A DNA stretch of 64,000 bases, taken from Macrostomum hystrix (lineage: Eukaryota; Animalia; Platyhelminthes). Shown here one piece after another: positions 1 to 12,290 of this stretch (position 1 is the stretch's first letter; every line of letters begins with the position of its first letter). The translations under genes were made by a program, and so were the position numbers. Location: NCBI GenBank assembly GCA_950097015.1, contig CATNEN010000007.1, forward strand, positions 3,410,001 through 3,474,000. The letters run 5' to 3'. The notes under the pieces were generated by a model that saw only the letters and a program-made list of their open reading frames with translations, searched no databases and had not been told where the DNA came from.

Positions 1-87
1 CTCTAGAAAACAATGTCCAGGTCTATATAAAGCCAGATAATTTTTATCTGGGTGTCCCAAAACAAAATGCCCCTACGCTCGACTCAC

Positions 88-273
88 CAGCAACGGGTCG
101 CCTCCATTGTTTTCTTGGCTAGCCAAGAAGAATATAATGTCTCCTAGCAGGTTGGTAAGAAATTTTCTATCGTTAGGTGCCATGCCGAAGCGTTCCAGCT
201 TGCGCACTAGCAGGTTCAGATAGCGGGCCGAGTCGGTGGCGAAGTCCAAGTCGCGAACCTCCTGAGGCGAGAC
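88..273 (-). CDS. ITPR: Inositol 1,4,5-trisphosphate receptor, coding exon 3 (gene continues beyond the left edge)
   Basis: My translation: VSPQEVRDLDFATDSARYLNLLVRKLERFGMAPNDRKFLTNLLGDIIFFLASQENNGGDPLL, matching IP3R 'VSPAEVRDLDFANDA...LLEDLVYF'. CAG acceptor at 276-274, GTGAGT donor at 87-82, 186 nt, phase 0/0. Missed by the ORF track. Confidence 0.93.
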
Positions 274-310
274 CTGGCGGCGTAAAGGCGATATAGAATG
301 TTTATCCTAT

Positions 311-1081
311 GGATATTGGAATCTTAGGGATTTTGGAATCTTAGGGATATTGGAATCTTAAGGATATTGGAATCTTAAGGATATTGGAATCTTAGGGATA
401 TTGGAATCTTAAGGATATTGGAATCTTAAGGATATTGGAATCTTAGGGATTTTGGAATCTTAGGGATATTGGAATCTTAGGGATATTGGAATCTTAGGGA
501 TATTGGAATCTTAGGGATATTGGAATCTTAGGGATATTGGAATCTTAGGGATATTGGAATCTTAAGGATATTGGAATCTTAGGGATTTTGGAATCTTAGG
601 GATATTGGAATCTTAAGGATATTGGAATCTTAGGGATATTGGAATCTTAAGGATATTGGAATCTTAGGGATTTTGGAATCTTAGGGATGTTGGAATCTTA
701 TGGATATTGGAATCTTAGGGATTTTGGAATCTTAGGGATATTGGAATCTTAAGGATATTGGAATCTTAGGGATATTAGAATCTTAAGGATATTGGAATCT
801 TAAGGATATTGGAATCTTAGGGATTTTGGAATCTTAGGGATATTGGAATCTTAGGGATATTGGAATCTTAGGGATTTTGGAATCTTAGGGATATTGGAAT
901 CTTAGGGATATTGGAATCTTAAGGATATTGGAATCTTAGGGATATTGGAATCTTAAGGATATTGGAATCTTAGGGATTTTGGAATCTTAGGGATATTGGA
1001 ATCTTAGGGATATTGGAATCTTAAGGATATTGGAATCTTAAGGATATTGGAATCTTAGGGATTTTGGAATCTTAGGGATAT
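311..1081. repeat. 17-bp minisatellite (GGAATCTTAGGGATATT)n in ITPR intron 2
   Basis: Directly visible tandem array with ttaagg/ttaggg and gatatt/gatttt variants. Confidence 0.95.
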
Positions 1082-1559
1082 TAAAATCCTGGAAATATTG
1101 AACTCTTGGGATATTTGAATACTCAAATTAAAGTATTTTCTATAATAATTTTGTTATTATCTAGTGATCAAGATACTCTTGAAGGTTAGAACACAAAAGC
1201 AAAACCTGCTATAATATAACTAAACAATAAATTTAACGAGGATACTAAATGAGATTTTTGGAGAAAAAACACATGCGCCATTGTGTAGGAAAATGAAAAC
1301 CTATAAGGCCAACCGCTAAAAAATACTAACGAGACAAAGTGGCATTATGAATTGAACATATTTTCAAGATATTTTCTACACCAAAAAACTATTATTATCA
1401 AGCGCAAAAATGCAAATCTAATAAAATGAAATGAAGAAAAAGAAAAACAAATGTTTTCGAGGAAATCAAATAAATAAAATTTAATTAGGGTTCACACCTT
1501 ACCACAATCTCGATTCCTTAGGTGACTGGCTGAAAACATTTGTACAATAACATTTTTAC

Positions 1560-1724
1560 CATGAAAATATGACCTGAGTTCAGCTTGAAGCAGTCCTAGA
1601 GGAACTTGCCTGAGCATGAAAATATGACCTGAGTTCAGCTTGAAGCAGTCCTAGAGGAACTTGCCTGAACATGAAAATATGACCTGATTTCAGCTTGAAG
1701 CAGTCCTAGAGGAACTTGCCTGAA
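1560..1724. repeat. 55-bp unit x3 spanning the ITPR exon-2 donor site
   Basis: catgaaaatatgacctga(g/t)ttcagcttgaagcagtcctagaggaacttgcctga starts at 1560, 1615 and 1670. Confidence 0.95.
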
Positions 1725-2439
1725 CAATGGCGAACGCTTCGTTATCCTCGCGCAGACTGGCGCAGCCAACTTTATTCATAACAGGCAAATCTTCGGCCTT
1801 ATCAATCGGTATACCGGTGGCGTGCACCCAGGTACCGGTGCACAGGTGTTTCAATCGGACGAAGCTAGACCTGGGCACCAGATTATCAGGCCTAGTAACT
1901 GAGGTTGGATCCAGCTCAAAGATGGAGCCGATATCGTGACCGTGAGGCACAAAGACCAGCTGGCACACGCCGCGGCTGGGGTCGCCTCTGAGTTTATTGC
2001 GCATGGGATCCGGAGTGTCGTCTTCGTCTAGTTCGGCGGCCAGATAATTACCGGTTGCCAGGTGTTTAAATCTAAATAGGCTCTTCCAGAGACCAGGACC
2101 GCCGCGGCAGGCGTCGTTTTGAATGACTTCAACCTCCCAGAGCGCCTTGGAGCTGGTGGCGGCAGTGGCGCTAGTGCGCAGTGTCTTCCGCAGGAACACA
2201 AACGACTGCTTCTGATAATCGTCGCCGGTGAGAAATTTCTCCTGCTCGGCGTGGAACAGGCGAACAACGTCGCCACTTTTTAGAATCTCCGGCAGATTCT
2301 CGCGATACTCCATGAATAGCACCATCTTCCAGCAGGTGCTGCAATTGACAGCGTTCACCTCCTTGCAGCCGGGATTGTCTACGAGATCGTAAGTGCTGGC
2401 GTGCAACGGCTGACCGGCGTTTACCGGGCACAGGGTTAC
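1720..2439 (-). CDS. ITPR: Inositol 1,4,5-trisphosphate receptor, coding exon 2 (MIR / IP3-binding core)
   Basis: [33 protein letters not shown]...[15 protein letters not shown]...[10 protein letters not shown] are IP3R MIR-domain motifs. CAG acceptor at 2442-2440. The exon ends CAG|GCAAGT (GC donor) exactly where homology requires AFAIVQ|VSPQEVRD. 720 nt, phase 0/0. Confidence 0.93.
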
Positions 2440-2739
2440 CTGGCAACAGGTGGCCGAGGTGGGTAGGCAGGGAGCTGGTTTTACAGGTTGCTGATATATA
2501 TAGGCTTCATTAGAGATTTACGCGCGTACTTGTTATGTTCTAATGTAATTTAGAGAATTTCCTTTATAATTATAATTAGAGCTTAAATGGAGTAAATAAA
2601 TCCTTGGATTGATTACAGGATAAATAATAAGATCAATCATGGGAATGCTAAGAGGAAAATTTAGATGACAACCTAGGAATGTTAAGACGATAAATTTGAG
2701 GATCAATCATGGCATCCATTAGAGGATTAATTGACCCAC

Positions 2740-3288
2740 CTTATCGCCAACGATAACATTGTCGCCAGCGGATCTGAGTTTATAATGCGGTTGGATATAG
2801 AACCACGAGCCCTCATTGCCGTTGGCGTCAAGCGTGACCCGCATGGCGTTCTTCTCCACCAGAGCCGGCAGTCGCTTATTAACAGTGAGGAATTTGTTAC
2901 TCTTCAAGTGAAGCAGCTGGACAACGTTGCCGTACTGGACAACATTGCCCAGGGCGCTGCCGCTCTCCTTCTCATTCTGCTGCTTCTCCATCACGGCCGC
3001 CTGGCGCAGCTTCTCCAACAAGACAGCGTCGGGCGCCGAGCTGACGGGATTTCTGGCCGCCTTCCAGAACTGCTTCTGGGCGGAGTAACGAAACGATGGA
3101 CAGATCTGGAATAGGCAGTCGCGGAATTTCTTTGGCGGATTGTACAGGTCGCCCTCCAGCGGCTGGACAACGCAACGATCGTCAACTAGGCCCAGAGTGC
3201 TGATGAAACCGGTGGCGCCGCCGCCGCCCTCCGCGTACAGCGAGATGATGTCGCCAATGTGCAGGAAGCCCCTGGCCTCCGACATCAT
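2740..3288 (-). CDS. ITPR: Inositol 1,4,5-trisphosphate receptor, coding exon 1 (suppressor domain)
   Basis: [21 protein letters not shown]...[26 protein letters not shown]...[31 protein letters not shown] is the unmistakable IP3R N-terminus. First ATG at 3288 (the ORF-track start at 3294 is TTG). Donor AAG|GTGGGT at 2740/2739. Confidence 0.95.
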
Positions 3289-4702
3289 TTCCAATCAGCG
3301 GCAGGTGTCACGTGACTTCGATTGGAGAGGTTTGAATGTTTAAAGGCTGGAATTCAAAACATAAGTTTATTTTTCAAATTCGCGCGAAAACTCGTTTTCT
3401 TAAACAATTTGATTTACTAGTTCTTTTTCTCGAAAATTTTAACATTCAAAACATGAATTTTAAAAACAAACTAAACAAAAGTTAAATTCGACAAAAATCA
3501 ATAAACACCAATTTTGAGTATTTTATTTACCAATCAACTGTAAACAAAACATTTGCACACTGATAAAAACAGTAAAAAAATTAAATTATAAGCTTTATTT
3601 AAATAGTCCCCATGTTTTAATTAGCTGGCTAAGGCAATAATATGCACTGCATATTAAGCAAAGAATTAAAAGGACAATGTTTTCTCATTTGTACATTGTA
3701 CATTGTACTGATTTTATATAGTGAAAATGAAAACCAACATGAAAATTTTCTAGAGAAATTATCCAGTTAAACAAGAACACAAAAATAGTTTAGATATTAC
3801 GGTATTTTCTTAGGGAATTTATCATCAGAAATTTTATACTCGCACAATAAGCTGCCTGGCATGCAGTAAATAAAAACACAAAACCATTTAGAGAACAATT
3901 CAAGTATGGATTGTAAGTGGCTAGGCTTTTGCGAGATTTGCCATAATCAGCTAAGATTTCTCGGCCACTATGTCAACATGGAGTCACGTGACGCTTTATA
4001 TTAACGATAATCAATCTAAATATTGACGCTAATCAATAAAGCTAATTAACTCGGAGATAAAAACGGCAGAGAATAAGCGACGCCATGAAGAAAAATTACT
4101 TATGTCACACAAAAGACAAACAAATAAAAAAGCTGAAAAGCAATGTGAAAGTGACTAGAACGTTTGAGCATTGAAAAAGCATGCTCAAAATAAATTTAAA
4201 CCGCTTTACTAGAAAAATAACACAGTGGCGAGTCTAATGGAATGCATGCTAGAAGGAAGGGGTGTGAAAAATTGAAACGAAAACTTTGTTCCAGACTGTA
4301 CGCGATCCCTGGATAAATTGTCAAGCAATGATAAAATGGGTGACTATGATATTAAACGAATATAACAAAAATATCAGCATTTTGTCATGAAATCTGGCAC
4401 ATCTATATAGTTCAATCTGCCACCTCGCTAGAAAAAAATTCGAAATCAATAAGTGAGTCTATAACCTAGTTAAATTGAGTTAAAGTGAGTACGATAACAA
4501 ATTTATCAGAAAAACTGTTTCGAAAATCAGCGGCCCGGTAAACTACAGTTAGTAACAAAATAGTATTTAGCACAACTAATCACAGTATTCGATAGAGCGG
4601 ATCCTTATTTTACCAGAAGCCAATATGAAACTAAAAAAACAACAGCCTTTTATACTACTTCTCCTGTTGACAATCAGTAGTGAATGCCGAGCACAAATAG
4701 GC

Positions 4703-4885
4703 CTATATAGGCGGCGGCCGCAGTTCAGCCACGGTGAGCTGCATCACTGGCCTGGAGCTGCGAAACGCTTCAGCGATAGCCCTGGCCGCCTGCTTGTGCT
4801 CCAGGCCCTTCATTGGCAGGCCGTCGACTGCGAGGATCACTTGGCCAACTCGAAGCTCGGCGCAATCGTAGGCGCTGCCGCCGGG
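4703..4885 (-). CDS. WHRN: Whirlin-like PDZ scaffold, last exon (C-terminal half of PDZ3)
   Basis: My translation: PGGSAYDCAELRVGQVILAVDGLPMKGLEHKQAARAIAEAFRSSRPVMQLTVAELRPPPI*, matching whirlin PDZ3 'GGSAHNCGQLKVGHVILEVNG...EHREAARIIAEAFKT'. Acceptor tttttccgcag, 183 nt. Not in the ORF track. Confidence 0.9.
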   Translation of the reverse strand, partial: PGGSAYDCAELRVGQVILAVDGLPMKGLEHKQAARAIAEAFRSSRPVMQLTVAELRPPPI

Positions 4886-5099
4886 CTGCGGAAAAAATGC
4901 AGTTATATGCTTACTACTTACTACTTACATCAATAGTAATTCCGGATAATTCGCCTCATTTTATACACCAAATTCTGCATTTTCCTGTGCAAAAATATGC
5001 AAAGTGCGTTTTCCGAAACTCCTATCCCACCCCGTATCAGCTGTAGAAGCTGATCTTTCATTTGGTAAACCGCTAATCCTTTCAGTCCATTTGGTTATT

Positions 5100-6535
5100 A
5101 GTACAGTGCAGTGCATCCGCTGTTAAACCCCAATCCTAGAGTGCATCCGCTGTTAAACCCCAATCCTACAGTGGATCCGCTGTTAAATCCCAATCCTACA
5201 GTGCATCCGCTGTTAAACCCCAATCCTACAGTGCATCCGCTGTTAAACCCCAATCCTACAGTGCATCCGCTGTTAAATCCCAATCCTACAGTGCATCCGC
5301 TGTTAAACCCCAAATCCTACAGTGCATCCGCTGTTAAACCCCAATCCTACAGTGCATCCGCTGTTAAACCCCAATCCTACAGTGCATCCGCTGTTAAACC
5401 CCAATCCTACAGTGCATCCGCTGTTAAACCCCAATCCTACAGTGCATCCGCTGTTAAACCCCAATCCTACAGTGCATCCGCTGTTAAATCCCAATCCTAC
5501 AGTGCATCCGCTGTTAAACCCCAATCCTACAGTGCATCCGCTGTTAAACCCCAATCCTACAGTGCATCCGCTGTTAAATCCCAATCCTACAGTGCATCCG
5601 CTGTTAAACCCCAATCCTACAGTGCATCCGCTGTTAAACCCCAATCCTACAGTGCATCCGCTGTTAAATCCCAATCCTACAGTGCATCCGCTGTTAAACC
5701 CCAAATCCTACAGTGCATCCGCTGTTAAACCCCAATCCTACAGTGGATCCACTGTTAAACCCCAAATCCTACAGTGCATCCACTGTTAAACCCCAAATCC
5801 TACAGTGCATCCGCTGTTAAACCCCAAATCCTACAGTGCATCCACTGTTAAACACCCAATCCAACAGTGCATCCGCTGTTAAACCCCAAATCCTACAGTG
5901 CATCCACTGTTAAACCCCAAATCCTACAGTGCATCCGCTGTTAAACCCCAAATCCTACAGTGCATCCGCTGTTAAACCCCAAATCCTACAGTGCATCCAC
6001 TGTTAAACCCCAAATCCTACAGTGCATCCGCTGTTAAACCCCAAATCCTACAGTGCATCCGCTGTTAAATCCCAATCCTACAGTGCATCCGCTGTTAAAC
6101 CCCAAATCCTACAGTGCATCCGCTGTTAAACCCCAAATCCTACAGTGTATCCACTGTTAAACCCCAAATCCTACAGTGCATCCACTGTTAAACCCCAAAT
6201 CCTACAGTGCATCCGCTGTTAAACCCCAAATCCTACAGTGCATCCACTGTTAAACCCCAAATCCTACAGTGCATCCACTGTTAAACCCTAATCCTACAGT
6301 GCATCCACTGTTAAACCCCAAATCCTACAGTGCATCTACTGTTAAACCCCAAATCCTACAGTGCATCCACTGTTAAACCCCAAATCCTACAGTGCATCCA
6401 CTGTTAAACCCTAATCCTACAGTGCATCCACTGTTAAACCCCAAATCCTACAGTGCATCTACTGTTAAACCCCAAATCCTACAGTGCATCCTCTGTTAAA
6501 CCCCAAATCCTACAGTGCATCCACTGTTAAACCCT
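5100..6535. repeat. 30/31-bp minisatellite (CTACAGTGCATCCGCTGTTAAACCCCAA(A)TC)n in whirlin intron 5
   Basis: Tandem array with mostly 30-bp units on the left and 31-bp units on the right. It explains ORFs 5098-5789. Confidence 0.95.
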
Positions 6536-7084
6536 GAATTCATCGTTTCTGCTGTTATATACCTAAAATCATTTATTGCATCGAGAGGAAACCTGAAGCC
6601 TACTAAAACTATAATGTAAGAATAAATTAAGTAAAGACAAACACCAAAAAAGTACATCGAGCACAGTCTTCCACCACCAGCTCAACCGGCTAGACCCGAT
6701 GACGAGAAAGCGTGCTAAAAAACAATAACTGAGAGCATTGACCGGACCTCGATCGCTGCTAGTCTAGGAAAATAACAGCTGGGTGTGTCGGCGCCGCCCT
6801 GGATAGACATGCCTAGCCTAGCTGGCTGTGTCTTTACAACAGGAATCACTTTTGTGACCGGAGCCGATATGACAGCCGTGCGAGCGTCGTGCGGCCCCTG
6901 AACTATTAGGGAGCCCGCCTCTGGCAGCTGCGGCGAGTCGGTTCATTTATTGAAGATGGCTAAAATTTTAACTAGCAATCCATTGTGTACTAAACACAAC
7001 ATGCCGACTTAAAGGCCAGCTTAAAGGCTTCATTTAATCATTTACAATATGATCATTTAGTCACATCCTTGGTGGAATGTTACT

Positions 7085-7420
7085 AAGGAACAAGCTGGTG
7101 GGACAAGGACCAGACAGGTAGATGGAATAAGGATCAAGTTAGTGTGAGAAAGACCAGACTAGTGGATGAAAGGGACCTAGCTATTATGATAAAGACCAGA
7201 CTGGCGGATGATATGGAAGAAGGACTAAGTTGGTGGGACAAAGACCAGACTGGCGGATGATATGGAAAAAGGACTAAGTTGGTGGGACAAAGACCAGACT
7301 GGTGGATGATAAGGAAGAAGGACTAAGTTGGTGGGACAAAGACCAGACTGGCGGATGGAAGAAGGAACAAGCTGGTCGGACAAAGACCAGACTGGCAGAT
7401 GATCTGGAAGAAGGACCAAT
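7085..7420. repeat. Degenerate ~49-bp tandem repeat (GGACTAAGTTGGTGGGACAAAGACCAGACTGGCGGATGA...)
   Basis: Units start near 7222, 7271 and 7320, with more degenerate copies on both sides. Confidence 0.8.
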
Positions 7421-7606
7421 CTGACGGGGACAAATACCATCAAAGACGAGTCAAACAAATACCATCAGAGAATGAGAAGTATTTGAGTCAACGGAGAATA
7501 ATTTGAGTCGTTGAAGTATCCGTCTGCTCATAAAAAAACATTATCCTTCATTCTCAACTGTGCAATCCACGAACTATTCCGGAACTATTTAGACCGCAAA
7601 TCTTAC

Positions 7607-7826
7607 CTGTACATTAATTATCCTAGGCAGAGTCTGTCTGGTATTGGCGCCGCCCTCTATGGCCAAGCCCAGCGTCGGCTGAGTCTTCCTAACGCCGGCG
7701 TTCACCGGCTCCGTGATAGTCGACGCGTCAACGCCGAAATGTCTACCCGCACTGGCGCCGGTGTCCGTAGCCGAGTCGCGCTGCTGCTGCTGCTGCTGCT
7801 GAAATGCAGTCGCAGTAATTAGTAGC
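7607..7826 (-). CDS. WHRN: Whirlin-like, exon 5 (N-terminal half of PDZ3); 5' boundary uncertain
   Basis: RKTQPTLGLAIEGGANTRQTLPRIINVQ matches whirlin 'KKSAATLGIAIEGGANTRQPLPRIVTIQ'. Donor CAG|GTAAGA at 7607/7606. The acceptor could be at 7826 or 7943 (phase 2) or 7798 (phase 0). Confidence 0.8.
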
Positions 7827-8169
7827 CTACGTCGAGCCATTAAAGCGGCGATGAGAACTGCTGACAAAATCCAAAATCCGAAAAAATCCAAGATGCAAAG
7901 ATAGCCACGCCCATGCCTAATCTGTGCCGCCCCAACCCGGCATCTATAAAAGAAGTTCATACTCCTCTGCCCGCAGTACAGAACAGGGGAAAGGAGTAGG
8001 GAAGAGACGAAAAAGCACACGTGAGAAGAAGAGAGATACGGAAGAGAGGTGTAGACATATTGGAGAGCGCGTTACTGGTCGGTTGAATCTAAAATCGTTT
8101 GCCATCGATGATAGTAATATAAAGCTGCATAAAGCCTATTATTCATTATGTAAATACTATTTCAATCCT

Positions 8170-8397
8170 AGAAAATCCTGAATCAAATCCTAAATCCTGA
8201 AGTCCAATCCTAAATCCTGAAGTCCAATTCTAAATCATAAAGTCAAATTCTAAATCCTGAAGTCAAATTCTAAGTCGTGAAGTCCTATCCTAAATCCTGA
8301 AGTCCAATCCTAAATCCTGAAGTCCAATCCTAAATCCTGAGTTCAAATTCTAAATCCTAAAGTCAAAGTCTAAATCCTAAAGTCAACTTCTAAGTCC
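8170..8397. repeat. 20-bp minisatellite (AATCCTAAATCCTGAAGTCC)n, left part (interrupted by Helitron-like element)
   Basis: The same unit resumes at 11917-12290. Confidence 0.9.
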
Positions 8398-9039
8398 TCC
8401 ACTATACTAAAAATGAAATGGTTGCTTGGTTGGTTGCTTGCTTGCTTGCTTGTAATTGATTTTCTCCCGAACGGCTCAACCAATTTTCACCATTTCTTCA
8501 CCAAAAGATGCCAAATATGGGCACAATTATACACGTATTTTTATTAAGCTTAACTTTATTGCTAAGGGGATTAAATATTCGAAAATCATGTTTTTTGACC
8601 ATTTCAAAGGTCAAACTATCTTGGCCTATTGAGAATTTCATTCACTGACTGCCACTGAATTAGAATTGCATCGTCAAATTGCGCAACAACCCCTAGCTGA
8701 TTGAATTTGAAGCCTGCACTCTGGAGACAAATTGGAAATAAATGTACACAACCAACCGCGAGACTGAGTGTACTCTATTTTCTCACTTCATTGTACAAAG
8801 CCAGAACTTTGAGAATTCATTTTATAAGGCTGATTTTTGCAACCACTAACCAACAGTCGGAATAGCCGATGTGTAGGCACTAGGAATAGGTTATAGGCTA
8901 GGCTAGGGTTCGATTCTGCACTGCGTCAAATCATTTTAGACTAATTTTCAGCCAGTAGTGATTGAAGACTATTTTAATTTATTTTTTTCATTTCGTAAAT
9001 AAAATATCATAAATCATAGCACACCTGAGTTTGAATCAT

Positions 9040-10680
9040 TGCAAAAATAGAGTTTGAATCATGGCTAAACCAGAGTCTGAATCATGGCTAAACCAGAGTC
9101 TGAATCATGGCTAAACTAGAGTCTGAATCATGGCTAAACCAGAGTCTGAATCATGGCTACACCAGAGTTTCGATCATGGCTAAACCAGAGTCTGAATCAT
9201 GGCTACACCAGAGTTTGAATCATGGCTAAACCGGAGTCTGAATCATGGCTACACCAGAGTTTGAATCATGGCTAAACCAGAGTCTGAATCATGGCTAAAC
9301 CAGAGTCTGAATCATGGCTAAACCAGAGTCTGAATCATGGCTAAACTAGAGTCTGAATCATGGCTAAACCAGAGTCTGAATCATGGCTACACCAGAGTTT
9401 CGATCATGGCTAAACCAGAGTCTGAATCATGGCTACACCAGAGTTTGAATCATGGCTAAACCAGAGTCTGAATCATGGCTACACCAGAGTTTGAATCATG
9501 GCTAAACCAGAGTCTGAATCATGGCTAAACCAGAGTTTGAATCATGGCTAAACCAGAGTTTGAATCATGGCTAAACCAGAGTCTGAATCATGGCTAAACC
9601 AGAGCCTGAATCATGGCTAAACTAGAGTCTGAATCATGGCTAAACCAGAGTCTGAATCATGGCTACACCAGAGTTTGAATCATGGCTAAACCAGAGTCTG
9701 AATCATGGCTAAACTAGAGTCTGAATCATGGCTAAACCAGAGTCTGAATCATGGCTACACCAGAGTTTCGATCATGGCTAAACCAGAGTCTGAATCATGG
9801 CTACACCAGAGTTTGAATCATGGCTAAACCAGAGTCTGAATCATGGCTACACCAGAGTCTGAATCATGGCTAAACCAGAGTTTGAATCATGGCTAAACCA
9901 GAGTTTGAATCATGGCTAAACCAGAGTCTGAATCATGGCTAAACCAGAGTCTGAATCATGGCTAAACTAGAGTCTGAATCATGGCTAAACCAGAGTCTGA
10001 ATCATGGCTACACCAGAGTTTCAATCATGGCTAAACCAGAGTCTGAATCATGGCTACACCAGAGTTTCAATCATGGCTAAACCAGAGTCTGAATCATGGC
10101 TAAAACCAGCGTTTGAATCATGGCTACACCAGAGTTTGAATCATGGCTAAACCAGAGTCTGAATCATGGCTACACCAGAGTTTGAATCATGGCTAAACCA
10201 GAGTCTGAATCATGGCTACACCAGAGTTTGAATCATGGCTAAACCAGAGTCTGAATCATGGCTAAACCAGAGTTTGAATCATGGCTAAACCAGAGTTTGA
10301 ATCATGGCTAAACCAGAGTTTGAATCATGGCTAAACCAGAGTTTGAATCATGGCTAAACCAGAGTTTGAATCATGGCTAAACCAGAGTCTGAATCATGGC
10401 TACACCAGAGTTTGAATCATGGCTAAACCAGAGTCTGAATCATGGCTAAACCAGAGTTTGAATCATGGCTAAACCAGAGTTTGAATCATGGCTAAACCAG
10501 AGTTTGAATCATGGCTAAACCAGAGTTTGAATCATAGCTGAACCAGAGTTTGAATCATGGCTAAACCAGAGTTTGAATCATGGCTGAACCAAAGTCTGAA
10601 TCATGGCTAAACCAGAGTTTGAATCATGGCTAAACCAGAGTTTGAATCATGGTAAAACGAGAGTTTGAATCATAGCCCAC
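9040..10680. repeat. 23-bp array (TGAATCATGGCTAAACCAGAGT(C/T))n inside Helitron-like copy 1
   Basis: Directly visible; the reverse complement is at 22850-23840. Confidence 0.95.
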
Positions 10681-10719
10681 CAGGGTTTAAAACATGGCGA
10701 AACCTGAGTTTGAATCTTC

Positions 10720-11820
10720 ATTGTCAACTGGGGGATCATTGTCAACTGGGGGATCATTGTCAACTGGGGGATCATCATCAACTGGGGGATCATTGTCAAC
10801 TGGGGGTTCATTGTCAACCGGCGGGATCATTGTCAACTGGGGGATCATTGTCAACTGGGGGAACATTGTCAACTGGAGGAACATTTTTAACTGGGGATCA
10901 TCATCAATAGGGAGACTTCATCAACTGGGGGATCATTGTGAACTGGGGGATCTTTGTTAACTGGGGGCTCATTGTCAACTGGGGGATCATTCTCAACTGG
11001 GGGATCATTGTCAACTGGGTGATCATTCTCAACTGGAGGATCATTGTCAACTGGGGGATCATTCTCAACTGGGGGGAATTGTGTTCAACTGGGGGATCAT
11101 TGTCAACTGGGGGATCATCATCAACTGGGGGATTATTGTCAACTGGGGGATCATTGTCAACTGGGGGATCATTGTCAACTGGGGGATCATTCTCAACTGG
11201 GGGATCATTGTCAACTGGGGGATCATTTTCAACTGGGGGATCATCATCAACTGGGGGATCATCATCAACCGGCGGGATCATCGTCAACAAGGGGATCATT
11301 GTCCACTGGGGAATGATTGTCAACTGGGTAATCATGTCAACTGGGGGATCATTATCAACTGGGGGATCATTGTCAACTGGGGGATCATTGTCAACTGGGG
11401 GATCATTGTCAACTGGGTGATCATTGTCAACTGGGGGATCATTGTCAACTGGGGGATCATTGTAAACTGGGGGATCATTGTCAACTGTGAGATCATTGTC
11501 AACTGGGGGATCATTGTCAACTGGGGGATCATTGTCAACTGGGGGATCATTGTCAACGGGCGGGATCATTGTCAACTGGGGGATCATTGTAAACTGGGGG
11601 ATCATTGTCAACTGGGGGATCATTGTCAACTGGGGGATCATTGTGAACTGGGGGATCATTGTCAACTGGGGATCATTGTCAACTGGGGGAACATTGTCAA
11701 CTGGGGGATCATTGTCAACTGGGGGTTCATTGTCAACTGGGGGATCATTGTCAACTGGGGGATCATCATCAACTGGGGGATCATCATCAACTGGGGGATC
11801 ATTGTCAACTGGGGGTTCAT
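10720..11820. repeat. 18-bp array (TCAACTGGGGGATCATTG)n inside Helitron-like copy 1
   Basis: Directly visible; it produces the QLGDHC/NWGIIV/PQLTMI pseudo-ORFs. Confidence 0.95.
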
Positions 11821-11916
11821 TTTAGCTTTAAAAAGCTGTAAATTCAGCTGCTAAAAAGTAAATACAAGACGAATTAAAAATATTTCTGCTCCCCGAAGGG
11901 GGGCAAAACATGCTAG

Positions 11917-12290
11917 TCAACTTCTAAATCCTGAAGTCCAATCCTAAATCCTGAAGTCCAATCCTAAATCATAAAGTCGAATTCTAAATCCTGAAGTCCA
12001 ATCCTAAATCCTGAAGTCAAATCCTAAATCCTAAAGTCCAATCCTAAATCCTGAAGTCAAATCCTAAATCCTGAAGTCCAATCCTAAATCCTGAAGTCAA
12101 ATTCTAAATCCTGAAGTCCAATCCTTAATCCTGAAGTCCAATCCTAAATCCTGAAGTCCAATCCTAAATCATAAAGTCGAATTCTAAATCCTGAAGTCCA
12201 ATCCTAAATCCTGAAGTCAAATCCTAAATCCTAAAGTCCAATCCTAAATCCTGAAGTCTAATCATAAATATTGAAGTCAAATTCTAAATT
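11917..12290. repeat. 20-bp minisatellite (AATCCTAAATCCTGAAGTCC)n, right part
   Basis: Continuation of the array at 8170-8397. Confidence 0.9.

Larger units (their letters stand above)
8398..11916 (+). mobile_element. Non-autonomous Helitron-like element, copy 1 (3.5 kb) in whirlin intron 4, with two internal minisatellites
   Basis: 5' TCCACTATACTAAAAATGAAATG followed by a (GGTT/GCTT)n tract. 3' GC hairpin gctccccGAAggggggc, then CTAG|T at 11913-11917. A homologous copy lies in reverse orientation at 20702-24440. No Rep/helicase ORF. Confidence 0.85.

Noticed and set aside
311-1081. TTAGGG telomeric hexamer within the 17-bp intronic repeat
   Set aside because: The hexamers are never adjacent, and many units read TTAAGG; this is not an interstitial telomere array.
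4625-4936. Plus-strand ORF with a signal-peptide-like start (MKLKKQQPFILLLLLTISSEC)
   Set aside because: Overlaps the whirlin last exon on the opposite strand, which explains the GC-rich island better.
9040-11820. Regular repeats superficially like a CRISPR array
   Set aside because: No unique spacers, no cas genes, and a eukaryotic intronic context.
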